Notes under the pieces: model-generated
The model's input: only the letters and a program-made list of their open reading frames with translations
Told to the model about the DNA's origin: nothing
The model's database searches: none
Shown: piece by piece, positions 1 to 6,640 of the stretch
Layout: every line of letters begins with the position of its first letter
Position numbering within the stretch: position 1 is the first letter of the stretch
Program-made: the position numbers and the translations under genes
Origin: a virus
DNA length: 40,090 nucleotides
Reading direction: 5' to 3' (one strand)
Virus record (IMG/VR): IMGVR_UViG_3300048890_000052
Span: 1 to 40,090 of that record

Positions 1-29
1 TCCCCGCCCGCAAGCTGGGATTTACTGTC
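1..29. repeat. Terminal overlap copy 1 (identical to 40062-40090)
   Basis: tccccgcccgcaagctgggatttactgtc occurs at both window ends. It lies inside a coding frame that stays open across the join. Confidence 0.95.
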
Positions 30-179
30 ACCAGCGAAGATGATGCGTGGATTGATAAGTCTACCCTGCGCGGCGTACAGGTCGCCGAAGTTGGCGTTCG
101 CCTTAATCCACGCCCCACGCTCGGTATCGCCAGTACCGTCATTGGCCGTCGTGCCGGTATTAATAACTTGATTGCTCAT
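1..179 (-). CDS. Tail fiber with SGNH/GDSL esterase domain, N-terminal segment (continues at 40061 across the circular junction)
   Basis: ATG at 179-177. MSNQVINTGTTANDGTGDTERGAWIKANANFGDLYAAQGRLINPRIIFAGDSKSQLAGG reads in frame into DAADSFAFWALGLAGVEYQYDS at 40061 downward. The ANDGTGD..ANxNF N-terminus is typical of phage tail fibers. GDS is SGNH block I. Confidence 0.8.
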   Translation of the reverse strand, partial: MSNQVINTGTTANDGTGDTERGAWIKANANFGDLYAAQGRLINPRIIFAGDSKSQLAGG

Positions 180-180
180 A

Positions 181-303
181 TCAGGCCCTATCTACAGTGC
201 GAGTGGTGGCGTCGACGGTCGTCGTCGTGCGATCGACGGTCTTGCTGATCAGAGCTACGCCCGCGCCGGCCAACAGCAGCAATAGCTGAGCAGCCGCGCG
301 CAT
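181..303 (-). CDS. Small hydrophobic protein (40 aa)
   Basis: MRAAAQLLLLLAGAGVALISKTVDR.. has one hydrophobic helix. Its ATG overlaps the stop of the upstream gene (ATGA-type coupling), and its stop lies 1 nt before the tail fiber ATG. Confidence 0.4.
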   Translation of the reverse strand: MRAAAQLLLLLAGAGVALISKTVDRTTTTVDATTRTVDRA

Positions 304-554
304 CAGGCGAACCCTTGAATGCCGGTGGCGGTCGTCGCCGCCATCACATAGCCCGCCCCGAACGGCACATATTCGCCCGCCGTCACCGCGATTGCGGCCG
401 TGGCGACCGCACCGCTGTCGGAGCCCTTGAGCACCAGATTGCCCGCACCGCCGATGCGCAGCCATTGATAGCCCTGCAGCAGCGTGGTGTCAGACGGCGT
501 GATCCCGGGGAACATATTGGGCGCCCCAGCCGGCGTTCTAATCACTGCACTCAT
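303..554 (-). CDS. Hypothetical protein (83 aa), virion/lysis-module associated
   Basis: ORF coupled by ATGA overlap to the o-spanin stop. Third-codon positions are GC-rich. No motif recognised. Confidence 0.5.
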   Translation of the reverse strand: MSAVIRTPAGAPNMFPGITPSDTTLLQGYQWLRIGGAGNLVLKGSDSGAVATAAIAVTAGEYVPFGAGYVMAATTATGIQGFA

Positions 555-877
555 GGTCGGTTTCCTCCTTCATCGCTCGGCCGCGCCGGACAGGCGAACG
601 GCAACTCGGCTCCATTGTCGACGGCCCAGCGGCAGATCCTGCCGCCGGCCCGGCTCACCCGCTCGCCCCAGCTCTCGACCGCGATGTCGTAGGCGGCCGC
701 CGCCTGGGCGCTGGTCACGATCGCCGCCGGCGCAACCGGCTTGGCTTCCGCCGCTGCCTCAAGGTCGACAGATGGCGGGAAGATCGGCCTCAGCACTTCC
801 CTGGGCGCGCAGCCGCTGACAGCCCAGGGCAACACGCACGCGATCAGGGCGATCGTCAGGCACAGTCGAAATCGCAT
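551..877 (-). CDS. o-spanin (Rz1-like outer-membrane lipoprotein)
   Basis: Signal peptide with lipobox LPWAVSG-C and a Pro-rich mature part. It starts inside the i-spanin gene in another frame and extends past its stop (overlapped spanin architecture). Confidence 0.7.
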   Translation of the reverse strand: MRFRLCLTIALIACVLPWAVSGCAPREVLRPIFPPSVDLEAAAEAKPVAPAAIVTSAQAAAAYDIAVESWGERVSRAGGRICRWAVDNGAELPFACPARPSDEGGNRP

Positions 878-1160
878 CGATCAGCTCCTCTTCATGATGA
901 TTGACGGCGAGCGCATCGCGCACCCGGTCGGCCGACGCCTTGGTTTGCGCCCCGGCATCCAATTCCAGCGCCTTGGTATTGGCGAGCGCCCGCGCCGCAT
1001 CGTTGCGCGCCCGCTCGCTCGAAACGCCCTCACAATGCCCCAGGACGAGACAGAGCCCAGCGACCGCGACGCAGGCCACGACGGAGCGCCATGCCCCGGC
1101 GATCACGCTCCACGCCCCGGAAATCGAAGATATGAGGCTGTTTAGGGTCCGGGACATCAT
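759..1160 (-). CDS. i-spanin (Rz-like)
   Basis: Start MMSRTLNS at 1160 overlaps the upstream stop. It has an N-terminal TM segment (AWRSVVACVAVAGLCLVLG) and a charged periplasmic part, and contains the embedded lipoprotein ORF. Confidence 0.65.
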   Translation of the reverse strand: MMSRTLNSLISSISGAWSVIAGAWRSVVACVAVAGLCLVLGHCEGVSSERARNDAARALANTKALELDAGAQTKASADRVRDALAVNHHEEELIDAISTVPDDRPDRVRVALGCQRLRAQGSAEADLPAICRP

Positions 1161-1417
1161 GTCGGTTCCTTCGCTGCAGGATCGGCGGGCGGCGAGTTGG
1201 CGAGGTTCTGGCCCATCCGATCGACGCTGCGCTGGGTCCAGCGCTCCTTGATCGCGTTGATGATCTGCATCAGCACGGCGGTCCATGCGGACGCCTCGCC
1301 CGCCTTGTCGGCGTCGATCGCCTGCCCGGCCAGATAGATCACGCCAGCCGCGATCAGGCCGAGCAGCAGGATCTCGCTGCCATGGTCGGACACCGGCGGG
1401 ATGCGGATCGGGCTCAT
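1157..1417 (-). CDS. Single-TM membrane protein (86 aa), holin/antiholin candidate
   Basis: TM segment EILLLGLIAAGVIYLAG. ATGA overlap with the endolysin stop. Located inside the lysis cassette. Confidence 0.5.
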   Translation of the reverse strand: MSPIRIPPVSDHGSEILLLGLIAAGVIYLAGQAIDADKAGEASAWTAVLMQIINAIKERWTQRSVDRMGQNLANSPPADPAAKEPT

Positions 1418-1959
1418 GCCGCCACCCGCGTCCGCAGCCAGCCATAGGCGAATGCCTCATTGGCCTGGCGCGCCTCGCACAGCGAAATGTAGCGCTCGGC
1501 CTGCAGGCCGTTGAGCGCGATGAGCAGCACCCTGGCACCCTCGGGCCCACGCTTGTCGAGAAAGGCGCGCAGGGCGCCGCGCGTGCCCGGCCCCATCATG
1601 CCGTCGACGACGATATCGCCATAGTCGCGGCCGCCATTGTTGAGCGCGGTCAGCACCCGCTGCAGGAACGTCGTCGCCACCTTAGGCCCCATGTTGACGC
1701 CCGTGTCGACCAGCTCGGCGCCGATCGCCGCGTTCATCTCGCCGATCCTGTCGAAGCCCGGTCCGATCACATAGCGGCGCAGGTAAATTTCCTTGGCCGT
1801 CGAGCGCGGCAGATCCCGCATCGCACCGCTATAACCCGCCGCGCGCGCCGTCTCCTTGGTGATTCCCCAATTGGTTTCGCCGCCGGCGTCGCGCGGATCG
1901 TTCACATAACGCCCCTCGCGCGTGATCACGCCCTCGATGACCTGATCAATGTCCGCCAT
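1414..1959 (-). CDS. Endolysin, glycoside hydrolase family 108 N-terminal domain plus PG_binding_3-like C-terminal domain
   Basis: MADIDQVIEGVITREGRYVNDPRDAGGETNWGIT.. matches the GH108 signature (EGGYxNxPxDxGGxTxxGIT). ATG 1959 is preceded by AAGGGGGTG. Confidence 0.85.
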   Translation of the reverse strand: MADIDQVIEGVITREGRYVNDPRDAGGETNWGITKETARAAGYSGAMRDLPRSTAKEIYLRRYVIGPGFDRIGEMNAAIGAELVDTGVNMGPKVATTFLQRVLTALNNGGRDYGDIVVDGMMGPGTRGALRAFLDKRGPEGARVLLIALNGLQAERYISLCEARQANEAFAYGWLRTRVAA

Positions 1960-2149
1960 GCTCACCCCCTTCATCGTCCCGCATCGCATCCGGCTCCACC
2001 TCATGCGGATCCTCGGCCAGCGTCCCGACACGCGGCTGCGAAATCGCCATCGCGACGCCGCCCACCGAAGTCCGGCAGACATTTTCCAGCTCGTGCGAGG
2101 CCAGGCGCAACCCCCGGATCACAGCGATCTTGTAAGGGACCGCCATCAT
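1946..2149 (-). CDS. Hypothetical acidic protein (67 aa)
   Basis: ATGA overlap with the upstream holin-like gene. Third-position GC is high. It fills the gap between the holin-like gene and the endolysin. Confidence 0.4.
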   Translation of the reverse strand: MMAVPYKIAVIRGLRLASHELENVCRTSVGGVAMAISQPRVGTLAEDPHEVEPDAMRDDEGGEHGGH

Positions 2150-2334
2150 TTCACCCTCTGCTTGAGATCAGCGATCGTCACGGTCAGCGCAGTCAGCGCC
2201 TGGGTCAGCGCGATATCGCTCTGCGCCCGCTCGCGATCGCACTTGCGCTGCTCGTTCTTGTCCCACATCAGATAGGCGATCAGCAGGCCGAGCGGCCCGA
2301 ACGGCACCAAGGAGGAGACCAGCTCCGGGGTCAT
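2146..2334 (-). CDS. Holin-like single-TM protein (62 aa)
   Basis: TM segment LVPFGPLGLLIAYLMW followed by a charged, coiled C-terminus. Lies immediately upstream of the endolysin. Overlaps the tailspike stop. Confidence 0.55.
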   Translation of the reverse strand: MTPELVSSLVPFGPLGLLIAYLMWDKNEQRKCDRERAQSDIALTQALTALTVTIADLKQRVK

Positions 2335-4139
2335 CCCGCCACCGAGAACGAGATCGTGGGGGCGGAGCTATAGGTCAGCGCCCGCGTCTCACCAGCCGGC
2401 CAGAACTCGATGCTGTTGCTCGCCCAGGTAATGGTGCCAGCACCATTGCGATTGATCCCTGTGACCGCACCGCCCCACATGAACATGACGAGGTTCATGC
2501 CGGTGGCGTTTGTCATCGCGACCGTCGTGGCCGCGAGCGTCGGCAGATTGGATGGGGTGAACGGCGCGCCCGCGATCAGCACACCGACCGAGCTGCCCAC
2601 AAACGCGGCCAGCGTGCCGCCGCCAGAGGGGTTCGGATTGGGGTTGACGAGCAGCAGGCGGCCACCGGCGGTCGAATGCACGGCATTGCTTGAATAGGCC
2701 CACTGCCCGCCGATAAACGTGTTGCGCGTGGCGTTCGCGGCGTCCTGCACCACGCAATAGGAGACGTTCTCCATGTCGCAGTTCGTGAAGCTGTTGCCGT
2801 AACTGAAGCCGGTCGTAATATGGAAGGCCTTCTGCGCCGAGCCGTAAGACCCCCTGAAGTTGCCGAACGCGCATTCCCTGAGCTGAACGGCATCGCCCTG
2901 CCCACCGACATAGCCGCCCGACCCGCAGTTGATGACCGCCAGGATATCCGGGTTGAACACCGCATTGAACTGCGCCCCGATCGCCGCCGACGTCGTGTTG
3001 AAGTTCTGCACCCCGACATTGTGGAAGCGCAGCTCATTGATCTGGTCCGAGAAATCGGCCTGGCCGACCGTGAACACCGGCCCGGCGGCATCCCCGATAA
3101 AGCCGATATCGGCAAAATCAGGATAGGCGCAGCTGGCCGGTGACGGCACCGACCCGCCGCTGCATGTCAGCAGGAAGTTATTGCCAGGGAGGCCCCGGAA
3201 ATCGAATGCGGATTTTTGCAGGCCGCTGCCGAATATCTTGAACCCCGTCGAGAAGAACGGCAGCATGTCCAGGGTGAAGATCGCCGTCATCGGGTAATAG
3301 GTCAGGCCCCCCGGCGGTGGCGGGACATAGATCGACCGCTTTGTCGCCGCCATGCGCGCCACGGCCTTGGTCAGCGCAGGCACCCAGTTCGAACCATCGG
3401 CCACCGCGTAATAGTCATGGAGGTTGATCGGCGCTTCAGACAGGACTTGCGCCAGTGTCCGCGTCTGCGCGCCCGTGCCGCCGTCATTACAGCCGACCTG
3501 CGCCGCGCCGGCGCTGCCCGCGAGCGTCGCCGCGTCGACCTTGCCGTCGAGCGCATCCTTGACGGTCGCGCCATCATAGGCGACCAGCTCGGCGCCGAGG
3601 CCTGCGATGTCATCCGCCAGGTCCGCGCGCAGCGACGGATCCGCCACGCCGCTCACCGCGATCGGCACCAGCACGTTGCCGGCATTGAGGCCGAACACCT
3701 TGCCCTGGAAGCTGGCCAGCGGACCCATGGTCGGCGCCGTCTCGCCATCGCGCACCTTGAACGCGCGCAGCGCCGTATCCGCGATCTTGTCGTCCTGTTC
3801 CTGGTCGACCAGCATCGATCGATCGAGCGCAGCCTCATGGCTTTCCGCCGGGAAAGCATCGCCCGTCGTGTAGTCGGTCGACTGGGAGCGCGCGGTTTCG
3901 CGGCGAAACCGCAGCGTCGCACCGGCCACCGACGACACCAGCGTCGCGCTGCCGCCGGCATCCGTCGAACCGCCTGTCGTCGAGAAATCAACCCCGATCG
4001 CCAGAGCGACGACGGATCCATCCGCCAGCACCCGCGTCGCGCTGATCGACCCAGCCAGGAACCGGAACGGCAGCGCAAATGTCAGCGTGACGCCATTCTC
4101 GATATAATCGATTTTCGACGTGAGGGCGGCGACGGTCAT
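2331..4139 (-). CDS. Tailspike / tail fiber (602 aa), probable beta-helix receptor-binding protein
   Basis: ATG 4139 preceded by GAAGGGAA. Lies directly after the internal virion proteins (T7 gp17 position). The G/N/S/T/A-rich C-terminal two thirds is typical of beta-helical depolymerases. Confidence 0.65.
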   Translation of the reverse strand: MTVAALTSKIDYIENGVTLTFALPFRFLAGSISATRVLADGSVVALAIGVDFSTTGGSTDAGGSATLVSSVAGATLRFRRETARSQSTDYTTGDAFPAESHEAALDRSMLVDQEQDDKIADTALRAFKVRDGETAPTMGPLASFQGKVFGLNAGNVLVPIAVSGVADPSLRADLADDIAGLGAELVAYDGATVKDALDGKVDAATLAGSAGAAQVGCNDGGTGAQTRTLAQVLSEAPINLHDYYAVADGSNWVPALTKAVARMAATKRSIYVPPPPGGLTYYPMTAIFTLDMLPFFSTGFKIFGSGLQKSAFDFRGLPGNNFLLTCSGGSVPSPASCAYPDFADIGFIGDAAGPVFTVGQADFSDQINELRFHNVGVQNFNTTSAAIGAQFNAVFNPDILAVINCGSGGYVGGQGDAVQLRECAFGNFRGSYGSAQKAFHITTGFSYGNSFTNCDMENVSYCVVQDAANATRNTFIGGQWAYSSNAVHSTAGGRLLLVNPNPNPSGGGTLAAFVGSSVGVLIAGAPFTPSNLPTLAATTVAMTNATGMNLVMFMWGGAVTGINRNGAGTITWASNSIEFWPAGETRALTYSSAPTISFSVAG

Positions 4140-4152
4140 TGCCCAATTCCCT

Positions 4153-6576
4153 TCATTGGAGCGTCTCCCCGAACATGGCTTCTGGGCTGGGGGCGTGGTC
4201 CGGTGCCGTCTCACCGGGTGCCCAGTAATATTCCGTGCGCTGGTCGCGGGCGCGCTTCTCCATGCGCCGCCACGACTGGCGATAATTGGGATCGATCTCT
4301 TCCTGGATCTGGTCCGTCACCAGCCGGTCGAAGGCGAGCTTGGCGTACCAGAGCGACCCGCCGGGCAGTTCCTGCCGCGCCAGCTTTGTCGCCGCCCAGG
4401 CGGGATGCTTTGATTTTACGATATCGGCGAGCGACTGCACGTCCTGCGCGACCGGGCCTGCCATCGTCTCGGCAATGCCGCCGCCGAAACGGTTCTGGGT
4501 CGACTGCAGGAAATCGCCGAAAATGCCGAAGCCGCCGCCCTGCAGCACCGCCGCGCCCCAGAAATCCTTATCGTCCATCGGCCGTGGGTCTTTACCGCCG
4601 GCGAGCGCCTTCAGCTGCATGGCCAGGCCACCCATCAACGTCGTGCCGATCACCAGTCCCGCGGCATAGCGCGCGGCATTGCCCGCCGATTGCTCCATGA
4701 CCCGGCGCCCCTGCTGGATCAGCATCGAGATCCCGAACGATTTGAACAACAGCGCCGAGCGCACGATCTCGCCCGCGATCGTGCCCTTGGGCGCGACCGA
4801 GTTGATCAGCGCCCGCGTGCGCAAATCCGCCACCGGCACCGCAAAATCGGTTTCCTGCAGGATCATCTCGAGCATCCGGTCACCGAGCGCCTGGTCCTCG
4901 ACATTGGCCGGCTTGATCCACGGCACGCCCCGGTCGACCTCGAGCGGCGTCGCGCGGATACTGTCCCAGCCGCCCGCGTCGATACCGTGCCGCGCCAGCG
5001 CCCCGCGAAACGCCGGATCGAGCTTGTCGAAGCCCTTGACGCTTTCGTCGGTGATATGGCCGAGAAATTCCATGCCGAATGCCCAGCGCCCCGCCTGCGT
5101 CCAGCGCGACAGGCCGGATGCGCGCAGCACGCCCTCGGCCAGGCGCCGCGAGATCTCGCCGGTCAGCTCCTCGTTGAGATAGCGGCCCTGGGCGGCCGCG
5201 CGCTGGCCCCATTCCTCGGCGATCAGGCCCAGCCGCACCGCCAGTTTCTGATCCTCTTTGGAGCCGGGGCGCAGCAACTTGGCATAGTCGCGGATCATCG
5301 AAGCGGCAGGCAGCCCGTTATATTTGCGGGTCGAGAACTGGAATGCCGTGTCCGTGACCGCCGACAGCGTCGCGCTGCCGAGCTTCGCTGCCGTCTGGAA
5401 ACTGCGCAGCGCCGAGAAGGCCAGTGCCAGCTTGCGGTTTTCAGGGCGGTTGGACGATCCCGTGATCTCGCCCCACAGCCGGTCGATCTGCTTGCCGCCG
5501 GCATGGGCGCGGTCGATCGCCTTGCTGTCAGGCGCGCTGTCGGTCGCGGCCGTCTTTTCGATCCAGTCCTTGATCCAGCCGACCGTGGCATTGGGATTGG
5601 GGCCGAGGATCTCCATCATCGCGGTTTCGCGGGACAGGCTATCGATATGCCCCATCATCGCGTCGAATGCGGTGCCCGATCCGAACTGCTGCTGATAGGC
5701 CGACCAGCTCGGCGCATCCTTGAACACCAGGAAGCGCGCATCGCCGTGGCGGCTCGCCATGATACCCTGTCCGGGCGAGCCCGCGGCGCGCTTCGACCAG
5801 CCCTCGCTGCGGATGCTTTCCCAGGTGTCGCGCAACGCCGCATCGAGATCCCGATCGGTGAAGGGCGCGCCGGTGTCACGATCGATCATCTGCGCGCGGT
5901 CGAGCAGCGGCACGATCGTGTCGCGCCACGCCTCGTAGCCGGCGCGCCGAACCTTGATGCTGTCATGCGCCTGCGGCAGGCCCCAGCGCTCGATCTTGCC
6001 GATATCGCCGCCGGCGGCGTTGAACCGCTTGCGCAGCATCTCGGCCGCCTCGCCCCAGGCACCGGCGAGCTCCTTGGCGGCGAGGTTGCCACTATCCTCT
6101 CCGAACGCTTCCTTGACGATATCGCCGAGCTGGGCGCGGTTGCGCAGCTGCCCGAACACATTGCGGCTATGATCGGCGAGGATCTGGTCGATCATCGCAT
6201 GGGCACGGCCCCGGATCGCCTTGCGCCGCCCCTCGACGTTAGAATAGGCCGCGCGGCCGTCGCGATCGAGCAGCGCCAGCGCGGCGCGCGGATCGATCGG
6301 GCCGTTCGCGCCCTTGCCGCCGTCAAAGCTGCCGAGCGAGGCGATCACGTCCTGCTGCGCCTTGACCTGCAACAGCATCCGGCGCTTTTTCAGGAGCACC
6401 TCATTCTCGAGGGCCTTGAGCACGGTTTGCGTCGCCAGCGCCTCGGCCGCCGCGCCGCCCATCTGGCGATCATAGACGTCGAGCAGCTGGCCATAGCGCT
6501 TGAGCGCCCACTCGCCCTTGCCCTTCGGGATCTTGCCCTGCTCGACCAGGTCGGGAATGCAAACGCCGGCGGCCAT
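4153..6576 (-). CDS. Internal virion (ejection) protein, 807 aa
   Basis: Position and size correspond to the T7 gp15/gp16 block. Gly-rich hydrophobic C-terminal segments (GLVIGTTLMGGLA, GGGFGIFGDF). Start preceded by cassette A. Confidence 0.65.
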   Translation of the reverse strand: MAAGVCIPDLVEQGKIPKGKGEWALKRYGQLLDVYDRQMGGAAAEALATQTVLKALENEVLLKKRRMLLQVKAQQDVIASLGSFDGGKGANGPIDPRAALALLDRDGRAAYSNVEGRRKAIRGRAHAMIDQILADHSRNVFGQLRNRAQLGDIVKEAFGEDSGNLAAKELAGAWGEAAEMLRKRFNAAGGDIGKIERWGLPQAHDSIKVRRAGYEAWRDTIVPLLDRAQMIDRDTGAPFTDRDLDAALRDTWESIRSEGWSKRAAGSPGQGIMASRHGDARFLVFKDAPSWSAYQQQFGSGTAFDAMMGHIDSLSRETAMMEILGPNPNATVGWIKDWIEKTAATDSAPDSKAIDRAHAGGKQIDRLWGEITGSSNRPENRKLALAFSALRSFQTAAKLGSATLSAVTDTAFQFSTRKYNGLPAASMIRDYAKLLRPGSKEDQKLAVRLGLIAEEWGQRAAAQGRYLNEELTGEISRRLAEGVLRASGLSRWTQAGRWAFGMEFLGHITDESVKGFDKLDPAFRGALARHGIDAGGWDSIRATPLEVDRGVPWIKPANVEDQALGDRMLEMILQETDFAVPVADLRTRALINSVAPKGTIAGEIVRSALLFKSFGISMLIQQGRRVMEQSAGNAARYAAGLVIGTTLMGGLAMQLKALAGGKDPRPMDDKDFWGAAVLQGGGFGIFGDFLQSTQNRFGGGIAETMAGPVAQDVQSLADIVKSKHPAWAATKLARQELPGGSLWYAKLAFDRLVTDQIQEEIDPNYRQSWRRMEKRARDQRTEYYWAPGETAPDHAPSPEAMFGETLQ

Positions 6577-6640
6577 CAGTCACGCCCCCAGGTAAAGTGG
6601 GGGCCGGTTTTCCGGTTCGGGGGCGTGACCACAAACATCA
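6574..6640 (-). promoter_or_regulatory. Conserved intergenic cassette, copy A (structured RNA or regulatory element)
   Basis: Minus-strand TGATGTTTGTGGTCACGCCCCCGAACCGGAAAACCGGCCCCCACTTTACCTGGGGGCGTGACTGATGG. CACGCCCCC (6581-6589, plus strand) pairs with GGGGGCGTG (6619-6627). Inner hairpin CCGG-AAAA-CCGG. About 80 percent identical to copy B. Confidence 0.6.

Noticed and set aside
1-29. Terminal direct repeats as attL/attR or transposon ends
   Set aside because: The repeat interrupts a single continuous ORF and is exactly at the window boundaries. This is characteristic of a circular-contig overlap.
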